64,000 nucleotides of DNA, from NCBI RefSeq assembly GCF_006345805.1, contig NC_042998.1, positions 33,356,001 to 33,420,000 of the forward strand. The letters are read 5' to 3'. The translations under genes were made by a program, and so were the position numbers. Positions 12,232-23,652 of the stretch are shown piece after piece. The stretch comes from Octopus sinensis (Eukaryota). The stretch's first letter is position 1. Every line of letters starts with the position of its first letter. The notes below the pieces were generated by a model. That model ran no database searches, was not told the DNA's origin, and saw only the letters and a list, made by a program, of their open reading frames with translations.

Positions 12232-13995
12232 TCATCATCATCATTATCATCGTTTAACATCCGCTTTCCATGCTAGCATGGGTTGAATGAATGACTAAGG
12301 GCCGGAAAACCAGATGGCTGCACCAGGCTCCAATCTTGATCTGGCAGAGTTTCTACAGCTGGATGCCCTTCCTAATGCCAACCACTCCAAGAGTGTAGTG
12401 GGTGCTTTTTACGTGCCACTGGCACGGGGCCAGTCAGGCAGTACTGGCAATGACCTCACTCGAATCTTTTACACATTCCACTGGCACAGGTTCCAGTAAG
12501 GCGATGCTGGTAACGATCACGCTCGAATGGTGTCTTTTACATGCCACCAGCATGGAGGCCAGATAGCCACTCTGGCAATGATCACGCTTGAATGGTGCTC
12601 TTAATACCCTACTAGCACGGGGCTCGAGTGCCAGTAAGGCGACACTGGTTACGATCATGCTCGAATAGTGCCTTTTAAGTGTCACTGGCACAGAAGCCGG
12701 TCAGCCGCTCTGTCAACAATCACACTCGTATAGTGCTCTTTGCACCCCGCTAGCACGGACGCCAGTCATCGAATTTGATTTTGACTTTGATTACAGCAGA
12801 ATAAAAATTCAGTTGCCAGCTCTACTCCCCTTGTTTCTTCGTTACAGCTTAAATTACTTGCCTTAATCAATAGACCAATACACCAGATTGAGTTGTCCAT
12901 GACATACTAAATGGTTTCAAAAGGCTTTGATAATCATCATCATCATCATCATCTTCCTTTAATATCTGCTTTCCATGCTGGCATGGGTTGGACGGTCTGA
13001 CTGAAAACTTGTAAGCTGCGGAGCTGTACCAGGTTCCAGTCTGATTTGGCATGGTTTCTATGGCTGGATGCTCTTCCTTATGCCAGCTACTCCAAGAGTG
13101 TATTGGGTACTTTTTATGTGCCAGTTTCACAACACCAGCATCAGTCATGGCTATGATATCACTTGGCTTGACCGGTCTTCTCAAGCGCAGCATACAAACC
13201 AAAGGACTCGAGCATTTATCACTGCCTCTGTGAGGCCCAACATTCAAATGGTACATTTTATGTGCCACCAGCATGGGTGCCAATTACTTGGCACTGCTAT
13301 CAGCCATGACTACAATTTCACTTGCCTTGACTGGTCTTCTCAAGCACAGCATATCGCCCAACATTCAAGGGTACAGTTTGCAAGTCAGTTATGGGAGGCT
13401 GGCATCAGCCATGACAATGATTTCACTTGGGTTCATAAGGATGAAAGATATTTTTAGTCATTGTTTAGCAAGAGAGCCAAGAAATTTTATGAGTTTTGTT
13501 AGTGAGTTGAGTTGAGCTAAATTCAATTCATAAACATGTAAAAATCACACATGCTGGTATCACATAAAAAGCACCTGTGCTGGTGCCATGGAATATAAGC
13601 AGCCATGGTTACTCCATGTGAAAAGCATCCATGCTGGCTCCACAGAAAAATCTCCCATGTTGATGTCACATAAAAAGTATCCCATGTTAGGAAGGGCATC
13701 AAGCCATAGAAACCATAGCAACATGGAAGGCAGCGAGCTGGCAGAAACATTAGCACAATATTTCGTCTGCCATTGCGTTCTGAGTTCAAATTCCGCCGAG
13801 GTCAATTTTGCTTTTCATCCTTTCGGATTCGATTAAATAAGTACCAGTTATGCACTGGGGTCGATGTAATCGACTTAATCGCTTTATCTGTCCTTGTTTG
13901 TCCCCTCTATGTTTAGCCCCTTGTGGGTAATAAAGAAATAAGAAACCATGCCAACATGGAAAATGGACATTAAATGATGATGATGATGATGATGT
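12232..13995. mobile_element. Cluster of RTE 3'-UTR-only copies (- 12232-12790, - 12935-13420, + 13560-13995)
   Basis: Homologous to 19130-19625, each ending in (GAT)n; further copies at 15400-15875 (+) and 22345-22700 (-). Confidence 0.75.
13729..13941 (+). mobile_element. tRNA-derived SINE family B, monomer with target-site duplication
   Basis: A-box TGGCAGAAAC, B-box GAGTTCAAATTCC, central CTTTGCCTTTCATCCTTTCGGGGTCGAT domain; flanked by GAAACCATAGCAACATGGAA (13709-13728) and GAAACCATGCCAACATGGAA (13942-13961). Confidence 0.85.
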
Positions 13996-14473
13996 GTGCG
14001 TGTGTGTGTGCGCATGAGAGTGTTTGCGTTACAACTTTTACGATGGACCAAAACATTATACAAAGACCTCTTGCATCATAACTAATCTTTGTCAGGAATT
14101 CTAATGTCATGATTGCTTTTGAGTGTCACCATTAATATGGACATAATGAAACTGTTTGTGAAATTTGGAGTTTGTCATCATGACGAAGATGACTCGAATC
14201 TACTTAGGGATGAGATTTGCATTATGAAATAATTCAATAAAAAATATAAAATAAATGGAAAAAGCATTTGAACTAAGTATTATGCATTCCGAGAATTAGC
14301 CAAAGTTTTCATAATAATTAACATACCTAAAACTAGAAAGAACTTAAAAAAAAAAAAAAAAAAAGAGGAATTCAGAAACCCATTTGTTTTTATAAATTGT
14401 AAATTTGCATAGAAAAGATAAAATGATTGTATGCAAAAAAATTGTATGTAAAAAAAAAATGTATATGTATCAG

Positions 14474-15005
14474 GCATAGGCATGGCTGTGTGGTAAGAAG
14501 CTTGCTTCCCAATGACATGGTCCTGGGTTCAGTCCCACTGCATGGCACCTTGAGCAAGTGTCTTCTACTATAGTCTCTGGCTGACCAAAGCCTTGTGAGT
14601 AAATTTGGTAGATGGAAACTGAAAGAAGCCTGTCGTGTGTAGTTGGCATTAGGAAGGGCATCAAGCTGTAGAAACTCTGCCAAATCAAGACTGGAGCCTG
14701 GTGCAGCCATCTGGTTCGCCAGCCCTCAGTCAAACCATCCAACCTATGCTAGCATGGAAAGCAGATGTTAAACAATGATGATGATGATTTATATTTGTGG
14801 GTCTTTGTGTCTGTGTTTGACCCCCCACCATCGCTTGACAACCAATGTTAGTGTGTTTGCGTCCCCTGTAACTTAGCAGTTTGGCAAAAGAGACTAATAG
14901 AATAAGTACCAAGGTTGCAAAGAATAAGTCCTGGGGTCGATTTGTTCGACTAAAGGTGGTGCTCCAGCATGGCCAGTCAGATGACTGAAACAAGTAAAAG
15001 AATAG
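14474..15005 (+). mobile_element. SINE family A with a nested RTE 3' end (about 14640-14788)
   Basis: Family A sequence is interrupted at its internal microsatellite by GGCATTAGGAAGGGCATC...(GAT)n. Confidence 0.75.
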
Positions 15006-16316
15006 AAAAATCATATTGGTTTCAAATTTTGGCACAAAACCAGCAATTCTGAGGGTAGGTTGATTACATCAACCCCTTAAAGGATGAAAAGCAAAGTGGA
15101 CCTCAGCAGAATTTGAACTTAAAATAAGGACAGACGAAATACCACTAAAATATTATGTCCAGCATGCGATTGATTCTGCTAGCTCAATTCTTTTTTGTCT
15201 TACATAATATTTGATCACTTTTAGCATCTGGTCTCCAATTTTGAAAATTATGGTAATCTGTAGAAGAAATAGTTACCATTGCAGGAATGGATTGAATTCT
15301 GTGAAGGATTTAATCCTCACATTGTCTTTTATCTGTGCATATTATTTATGCATGATACACCAGTGTCACATAACCAGCCCCCTAAAAATTTCCTTGGATT
15401 GTAGGGTGACGTGCCATGCTTGAGGAGACCTATTGAGTCAAGTACATCATCAAAATGAAATCAAATAGAAATTGTAGTTGTGCTCCCCATGCCAGTGGCA
15501 CGTAAAAAGCACTATCCAAGTGTGGTTGATAGCAGCCCCCTTGCCCCAACTGGCTTCTGTGCCGGTGGCATGTAAAAAGCACCATCCAAATGTGGCCAAT
15601 GCCAGCACTGCCTTGACTGGTTCCTGTGCCGGTGGTACATAAAAAGTACCATCCAAACGTGGTTGGTGCCAGGCCCTCTGGCCCCTGTGCTGGTAGCATA
15701 TAAAAAGCCCCCACTACACTCTCGGAGTGGTTGGTGTTAAGAAGGGATTCCAGCAGTAGAAACATTGCCAGATCAGACTGGAGTCTGGTGCAGCCTCCTG
15801 GCTTTCCAAATCCCAGTCAAACTGTCCAACCCATGCCAGCATGGAAAACGGACGTTAAACGATGATGATGATGAATGAAGATACTCAAACTGGAACAAAT
15901 TTGGTCACTTTCATCTGCTTTTGATTGTCCCAAAAACAAGAAAAGATAGATTAATTGTAAAACCATTGTTTATAACAGATGAGATCCTTTATTTGGAATA
16001 ACAGTAAACTCTCCCTCAAATAACACTCTAGCATTTTAAAATATGAAGGATACAAAGGATAATGTGATCCTAGGTACATTGTGTCTGAAAAATGCAGATG
16101 GGGTGGTATGATAAGTTTCGTGAATAAAGAATGATTAAAAATTAAAGAATGACAACTGATGAAAGCCGAGAACTGAATTGCCATCATGTCGTTTTTAACC
16201 CTTTAGCACTTGAACCGGCCACGTTCAGCCAAAGTAGTCTGCCTGTTTTATGTTCAGACAAGCCAGATCTGACCTCTCACACCTACAGTACAATGTCAAT
16301 CTAAAAATAAATGATA

Positions 16317-16580
16317 CAGTTCTATATTTAAGAGATGAGGAATTATGTACATTATTTACATTTGACGGATATTTGACCTCATCTTATTTGTTGCGAACAC
16401 AACGTTTCGGCTGATATACCCTCCAGCCTTCATCAGGTGTTTTGGGGAAAATTTTGAACCTGGGTTCTCATTCCTAAGGTATTTTTTGATGTTATTATTC
16501 AGGTCACTGCTTGGAATCGAACTCAGAATCTTGGGGTTAGTAGCATGCGCTCTTAACCACTACGCCATATGCCCGTGGGC
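16317..16580 (-). mobile_element. tRNA-headed SINE-like family E carrying a hammerhead ribozyme
   Basis: A-box TGGCGTAGTGG, B-box GAGTTCGATTCC, (AAT)n linker, then a tail containing the hammerhead; copies at 19628-19856, 37182-37662 and 40610-40740. Confidence 0.8.
16396..16441 (-). ncRNA. Minimal type I hammerhead ribozyme in a tRNA-headed repeat
   Basis: AACAC CUGAUGA A GGCUG-gagggtatat-CAGCC GAAAC GUU GUGUU: all three stems pair; palindromic AACGUU stem III. Confidence 0.8.
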
Positions 16581-16876
16581 AATTATGGAGTGAATTTTAG
16601 AGCTTTTAAAAATAAATAATCGTGTTATATTATTCTTGAAGCTACAAGACATTATATAATTAATCCAAAGCCACATGAATGAATAAGCAATACATTCAAC
16701 AGAATATTATGAATGCTAAGGCTTTAAAGGTGAATTTTGCAGACATTTGTGATATTGTCATCAACATTTGGAGTAAAAAAGTGTTTCTTACTTTTTGGAA
16801 GACTAACAACTTGCTTCCTCTTCCAAATATATACTCACATTTATTCTGTAAGGAAATGTCTTTCTTCTATTTGCAG

Positions 16877-17076
16877 AGAAACTGGATAAAGTTAAAGAGC
16901 GAACTCTGATCAGTCTTCCCCCGGCAAACACTCGAAAGGATGCTACACGGAATATTGGACCAATAATGAACGAAACATATGCACTATTGCAAAAATTCTA
17001 TCAACCTCATAATGAGGAATTGGTAAAGTTACTAAACAGAACAGCTTTTAATTGGTCTGATGATACATTAGACTGA
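16877..17076 (+). CDS. CHST15: Terminal coding exon of CHST15-like gene
   Basis: ttctatttgcag| acceptor, phase 1; KKLDKVKERTLISLPPANTRKDATRNIGPIMNETYALLQKFYQPHNEELVKLLNRTAFNWSDDTLD* with the GP...L..FY.P.N..L..LL C-terminal pattern; TGA at 17074-17076. Confidence 0.92.
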
Positions 17077-17560
17077 AAAGGAAAAGGAACTCACGAGATT
17101 CTACGAAGTCTCCAAGCACAAATGCATATCATTTGAAAGAATGATAAATTTAGGGTTTCTTTTCATTTCATCTGCCAGATTTTGGTATATTTCTCACCAT
17201 TCTTTCCAAACATCTATCAAAAGAACTTTTATTTCCTCTATGAGGATATGTGTCTTTTAAGGTAAAAGTATATTTGGTCACCTCAGTTAATTTTAATTTT
17301 TCATTTTTCAATTTTTACATGGCATTTTCAAGAAAATTTGTGTATATTTTAATTCTGAATATATTTAAGTTAAAAACAAATATAATTCTTTGTGGTTACT
17401 ATAAAAGAAAATGTAAATTTCAAACTTCATTCACATCACTCAATGCACCCGTAAAAACTTTTTACTGCCATCGTTTGCCATGACCACCTGGGTTGGTTAC
17501 TTAAGCATAAACATTCATAAATACTTACTCTTTTCATTTATTCGTGTCTTAATTTACTTC

Positions 17561-17566
17561 AATAAA
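17561..17566 (+). promoter_or_regulatory. Candidate polyadenylation signal of the CHST15-like gene
   Basis: First canonical AATAAA I could find downstream of the stop codon; weak evidence in AT-rich DNA. Confidence 0.3.
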
Positions 17567-17786
17567 GTGAGAGAGAGCAGTTTCCAAACATAGTAAACAG
17601 CTTGCTTCAAATTGTATCACCTCATTTACAAAATAGTCAAACACTGTAAATATTTCAAGTCTAAGTTTATAATTCCACTGTTAAGAATGCATGTCTGTGT
17701 GCATGTATATATGCATATGTTGCTTGTTTTATTTTCATTACTTTTAGGCTCTTTTCAGAGTTCAGTTCTATATTTAAGAGATGAGG

Positions 17787-19625
17787 AATTATCAAGTTGT
17801 TGGATCAGGTTATGAAGGTCACGGAAAGGGTCATAGCCCAACTAATTAGGGAGAGAGTTTAGATGAGATGCAGTTTGGGTTCGTGACAGGGAAAAGCACC
17901 ACTGATGCTATATTTCTGGTAAGACAGCTGCAGGAGAAATACCTAGCCAAAGATAAACCTCTGTACCTGACTTTCGTTGACATGGAGAAAGCCTTTGACA
18001 GGGCCCCCCGATCCCTTATCTGGGGGTCAATAAGGAAACTAGGGATGGATGAATGGTTAATGAGAGCTGTGCAAGCCATGTACAGGGACGCTGTCAGTAA
18101 GGTGAGGGTTGGCAACAAGTACTGTGTTGCTCTAATTGCTGAGTCACTATCAGAACTAGATGAGAAGTTTCAATTGTAGAAACAAGGATTAGAATCGAAG
18201 GGCCTTAGAGTCAACCTAGCTAAGTCCTAATAAGTAGGAAAGCAGGAAAACCACAAACCCCTTCAGGTAGATGGCCCTGCTTGGTCTGTAGAAAAGGCGT
18301 AGGTAGAAACTCTATAAGATTTACCCAGTGTAAGCTATGGACACATAAGAGGTGCAGCAATAACAAAGGAAGGCTAACTGGGAAGATAGTTTTGTATGTG
18401 GCAGATGCTCGGGAGCAATAAACACTGAAAATGCGCAAAGACCAACTTCCACCACATTCCAGGGAGAAAAACTAGAAGTAGTTGATAGCTTCCATTACTT
18501 AGGTGACCAAGTCAGTAGCGGGGGAGGATGCGCTGAAAGTGTAGCTGCTAGAATAAGAATAACCTGGGCAAAGTTCAGAGAGCTCTTACCTCTGGTGGTG
18601 ACAAAGGGCCTCTCGCTCAGAGTAAAAGGTAGATTGTATGATGCATGTGCATGAACAGTCATGCTACATGGCATTGAAACATGGGCCGTGACTGCTGAGG
18701 ACATGCATAAGCTCACAAGGTATGAAGCCAGTATGATCTGATGGATGTGTAATGTCAGTGTGCATACTTGACAGAGTGTAGGTACCTTGAGAGAAATGTT
18801 GGACCTGAGAAACATCAGATGTGGTGTGCAAGAGAGAAGACTGCACTGGTATGGTCATGTGGTGAGAATAGATGAGGATAGCTGTGTGAAGAAGTGCCAC
18901 ACCCTAGCAATTGAGGGAACCTGTGGAAGAGGTAGAAGCATGACCTTCGAACATTAGGCCTCACCAAGGCAATGACTAGTGACCAAGATCTTTGGAAATA
19001 TGCTATGTTTGAGAAGAATCAGGAAGTTCAAGTGAGACCATAACCTTGTGGCCTATACCAGGGGTGTAACAAGCCTACTTATGCGTACTTTTTCTTCATT
19101 GGACACTAAGCTCTGCTTGCGAAAACCTGTTGAGGCAAGGGAAATTGAATTCAAATTAGATGGCTGACATCTGTGTTAGTGGAGCACTAAGAGTACCATA
19201 TGAGCGTGATTGTTGCCAGAGCAGCAAGCTGGCCTCCATGCCGATGGCATGTAAAAAGCACCATTCGAGCATGATCATTACCTGCGTCACCTGACTGGCA
19301 TTTGTGCTGGTGGCACGTGAAAAAAACATTCGAGCGAGGTCGTTGCCAGTGCCACTGAACTGGCTCCTGTGCAGATGACACATAAAAAGCACTATTTGAG
19401 CATGGCTGTTGCCAGTACCGCCTGACTGGCCCTCATGCCGGTGGCACATAAAAGCACTCACTATTCTCTCAGGGTGGTTGGCATTATGAAGGGCATCCAG
19501 CTGTAGAAACTCTGCCAGATCAGATTGGGGTCTGATGCAGCCATCTGGTTCGCCAGACCTCAGTCAAATCGTCCAACCCATGCTAGCATGGAAAGCGGAC
19601 GTTAAACAATGATGATGATGATTTA
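17787..19625 (+). mobile_element. 5'-truncated RTE-clade LINE with 3' UTR and (GAT)n tail
   Basis: MQFGFVTGKSTTDAIFLVRQLQEKY..FVDMEKAFDR, then a deleted RT core, then SFHYLGDQVSSGGGC..RIRITWAKFRELLP..; continuous into a repeat-bearing 3' UTR. Confidence 0.9.
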
Positions 19626-19655
19626 CCTTTGACGGATATTTGTCCTCATCTTGTT

Positions 19656-19701
19656 AATACAATGTTTCGGCTGATGTATCCTCCAGCCTTCATCAGGTAT
19701 C
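19656..19701 (-). ncRNA. Hammerhead motif in a second copy of the tRNA-headed repeat
   Basis: GAUAC CUGAUGA A GGCUG..CAGCC GAAAC AUU GUAUU; stem I covaries with the other copies, but stem III has a C-A mismatch. Confidence 0.65.
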
Positions 19702-20809
19702 TTGGGAAAATTTCGAACCTAGGTTCTCATTCCTATGGTATTTTCCAATGTTGTTGTTGCTATTATTATTATTATTATTCTGGTCACTGCCTGGAATCAA
19801 ACTCAGAATCTTGGGGTTAGTAGCCAGCACTCTTAACCACTACGCCATATGCCCATGACATAGTAATGATAATAATAATAATAGTTTAGTGGATTACCAT
19901 TTAGTGAATTACTGTTTTCACTAACTTTGGAAACCATAAGCGAACCAATTACCTTCCAATAAATTTAGTTCCGCTAACGACAAGACATGATTGGTCGATA
20001 CAGCAGCAGCTTCCTGAGCAGCTTTGTGTAATCCTGCAGTTTTGAGATGTGTTCACTTACAACGTTGTCCCACTACAGACTGTTTGGCAGTGTCAGCGAC
20101 AGCAGTGTATGTTATCAGCTTATCAAGCTATCGCTTATCATTATGGAAGGTGAAGACGTTTTTGTTTGGCTTGTTGAGGAGTCTGCAACAGCTGTGGATG
20201 AGGCAGAGGTCACTTTGGTTGAGAGCCAGGAGTCTAGAACCCAAGGCCCCACCTGGAGGACTATTTTGTCCTTACGTCAAGGGATAAGAGGAACACAAAA
20301 ATCCTGTATTACTGGTGCATCGTATGCCAGCCCAAGGAGACCACCATCAAGGGACAAGCAGCAAGTCTCTACAATTTTAAGTCGCATGTCAAGAGGAAAT
20401 ACCCAGCCCAAGCCATCCAGTTTGAGGTAAGGATGAAGGCCGGCTCTTCCTGAGAGAAATAAAGGCAATCTTCTGGTAGCAGTGCTAGTAGCCTGTCATT
20501 GCAGCCATGTGCAAAGAAAGCTCGCCAGCCCAGCATTGGCGAGGTATTTGTCCAAACTGCTGGCAATGGCATCTGCCAGTCTATGGTGGGCAGAAGGATT
20601 GTAGACCTGTTTGCTGACAACATGCTACCGCTGCATGTGGTGGAGTCCTTCACCTTTGTCGGCTTGATCAAGACACTGACCCCCAGCATGATGTCAATGT
20701 CTCTGGGCAGGATGATCTTGGCCAGCCCTAAACAGCTGGAGGAGTATCTTACAAGGTATTTATAAATTAAAATTAAACAAGTTTATTAAATCACTAATAT
20801 GGCATACTT

Positions 20810-21005
20810 CGGAGATATACTTGCATAGCAAGTGACCTGATCTGAGATCATGTGCTAAAGCAAAAACAATCGCAGCATGGATGGTGTTTATTAGCCATTT
20901 AAAAACAAAAAAGCCTTTAGATTCACTTCAGCATTTAAATTTCATTTGTCAAAATATTTTCGTCGCTTTGAAACCGCAACATGTTCACTGACAAGATTCC
21001 ATGCT
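20810..21005. mobile_element. Family F copy (left arm plus hammerhead core)
   Basis: Homologous to 9290-9517; inserted in the hAT relic. Confidence 0.65.
20946..20994 (-). ncRNA. Minimal type I hammerhead with G3:C8 core variant
   Basis: UUGUCA GUGAACA U GUUGC-gguuucaaa-GCGAC GAAA AUAUU U UGACAA: 6-bp stem I, 5-bp stem II, palindromic AAUAUU stem III. Confidence 0.7.
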
Positions 21006-21243
21006 ACATCTTCATATTCTCTTAACTTAATTTAATTATTTATTAAATAATTATTTTCTTAATGTAAAAAATGTATAATGGCTAACTGAAATAAATATCA
21101 CAATGCATAATATACAGTATATATAATATATTATATTATATATATATATTATATTTTGTGAAATTTGATGTAGTATTTCTAAATTGAATTTTTCCCTGTA
21201 AGTTTGGAATAATATTCCCTCATATTATTATTATTATTATTAT

Positions 21244-21274
<31 letters not shown>

Positions 21275-21998
21275 TCCACTCATGATTAAGTCTGTACAAC
21301 CGAAACAGCAGTCTTAAGTGAAATAAATATAAATAAATGAACCTTAAGTTATGAACTTATCAAATTCCAACCATTGTTTCATTCCCCATCTCGGTTATTC
21401 AACCACCTCCCACCCCATTGCATCACCTATTGGTGCAGTGTCAGTATTTTCAAATGTTTTATAACAAGGCTTTAAATCATAAGCAATATTTCCATGACTT
21501 TAGAACAGCCTAGTAACAAATGTTAAACTACAATCTGTAGGATTTCTTTAAACAAAATATGGTTATAAGATACTGTGATTCAAATGTTCTGCCTCCTCCT
21601 TACCTGTGAAAAATTGTACACACCACATGCTCACAAAAACCATTGCAGCTTGTGTGGAGATGCAGATGGGAGGTTAGTTTGTTGGAGTTTTTTTTAGTAG
21701 GCCTTGATCATACTCTGCATCAGTTTATATATATATATATATATATAATCATCATCATCATGAACCATATTTGGAATACAGGACAATATAATGGATTTTA
21801 TACATAATTATGGATTATTAATGAAGACTAACCAAGGAAGTATATATGGATTTCAAGACTCTCGTACTAAAGTGTACTTACCAAAATCAAAAGCAGTAAT
21901 TTTTAATTTATATTTCAAGCAAACACCATTTTATAGTATTACTTCAAATTTTAAAAAAAACCCTACCATTTGATATATTATACAAAATTCAAATTTTA

Positions 21999-22090
21999 TA
22001 TCTCTGAAGAGCAGAAGAGTTGTCTATAAATGCTTATCAATATAGGATTCCATGATAGGGACAGTACATTTGTGAAACGATCGTAAGATG
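21999..22090 (+). ncRNA. Type I hammerhead candidate with extended stem II (same family as 9800)
   Basis: CUGAAGA 22004-22010, GAAA 22074-22077, palindromic stem III ACGAUCGU, triplet GUA, stem I UAUCU/AGAUG. Confidence 0.5.
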
Positions 22091-23247
22091 CTTTAAAATT
22101 CGAAACTTTTAAATTGTCATATTTATAATTATATATATTTATATTTTTAATACAACAATTATTTTACACAAGTATATATCTTTCTGATGAATTTTCTAAT
22201 ATTGATTTCCTGATATTAATAATAATATTTTATATAAAATATATATAATTGCTCATATTAAATACATAAATACTTTAATAGAATAGAGCACGCAATATAA
22301 ATTCAGTATATAATATTCTCATTGAATATATTTAACTAAAGATTCATATATCATCATCATCATCATCATCATCATTTAGCATCTGTTTTCCATGCTGGCA
22401 TGGATTGGACGGTTCAACTGAGGTCTGGGAAGCCAAGGGGCTGTACTAGGCTCCAGTCTGATCTGGCAGTTTTTCTACTGCTGGATGCCCTTCCTAACAC
22501 CAACCACTCTGAGAGTGTAGTGGGTGCTTTTTATGTGCCACCGGCACAGGGGCCAGAGGAGTGACCATGATCAGTTGGTGCTTTTCACATGCCACTGGCA
22601 CAGAAGCCAATGAAGGCTGCACTGGCATCAGCCACGTTCAGATGGTGCTTTTTATGTGCCACTGGCACAGGGATCACAACTAGAATTTCCATTTGATTTA
22701 TATATATATATAATTTTATATACATAATTATATACATATATAAGTTTTTAACTTTACAGCTTGTCTGTTCACAATTTAATATTTTTAAATTACAGATTGC
22801 TCAAGGATGTCCCCTGGGTGGTGACCACAGTGGACTGTAGGTTGGCCCGCAACAGATCCTTCCTGGGGATGATGGCACACTGGCTAAACCCCAACACCCA
22901 CATGAGACAACATGCTGTCCTGGCCAGCTCTTGGCTCAGAGGACATCACACCTTTGATATTCTTGTGCAGGCCATGGTGGACACCCATTACAAGTTCCAT
23001 CCAAATGACAAAGTGATCAGGACCATGATGGACAACAGCAAAAAGTTTGTTATGGCATTTATGTAGTTTGGCACAGAAGTTGAACTCTTGTCACACACTC
23101 TTGAGGCTGCTTCTGATCCAGATGTGGAGGGTGCTGAGGATGTGGATGAAGTTGAGTACATTTCTGTTGATACCATCCTTGACGAGTCCAGCAACCTGGG
23201 CCTCATCCTGCCAGGGCACATGAAGTGCGCAGCCCGTACCTATTTCT

Positions 23248-23652
23248 TTACTACCCACAAGGGGCTAAACACAGAGGGGACAAACAAGGACAGACAAACG
23301 GATTAAGTCGATTACATCGACACCAGTGCATAACTGGTACTTAATTTATTGACCCCGAAAGGATGAAAGGCAAAGTCAACCTCGGCGGAATTTGAACTCA
23401 GAACGTAATGGCAGATGAAATACCTATTTCTTTACTACCCACAAGGGGCTAAACAGGGAGGGGACAAACAAAGACAGACAAACGGATCAAGGCGATTACA
23501 TCGACCCCAGTGCATAACTGGTCCCTAATTTATCGACCTCGAAAGGATGAAAGGCAAAGTCGACCTCGGCAGAATTTGAACTCAGAATGTAATGGCAGAC
23601 GAAATACGGCTACGCATTTCGCCCAGCATGCTAACGTTTCTGCCAGCTCGCC
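23248..23652 (-). mobile_element. SINE family B dimer inserted in hAT transposase
   Basis: Junction at 23417-23430; interrupts the transposase between HMKCAA and the downstream homology; a further fragment lies at 23887-24010. Confidence 0.8.

Noticed and set aside
16500-16580. tRNA-like sequences with A and B boxes (also in SINE families A, B and C)
   Set aside because: They do not close a full cloverleaf and run into repeat bodies, so they are SINE heads rather than tRNA genes
17057-17078. CUGAUGA...GAAA across the CHST15 stop codon
   Set aside because: No stem II, stem III or stem I pairing; chance match
20047-20430. 127-aa ORF as an independent gene
   Set aside because: Lies in the GC-rich 5' part of the hAT relic directly upstream of transposase homology
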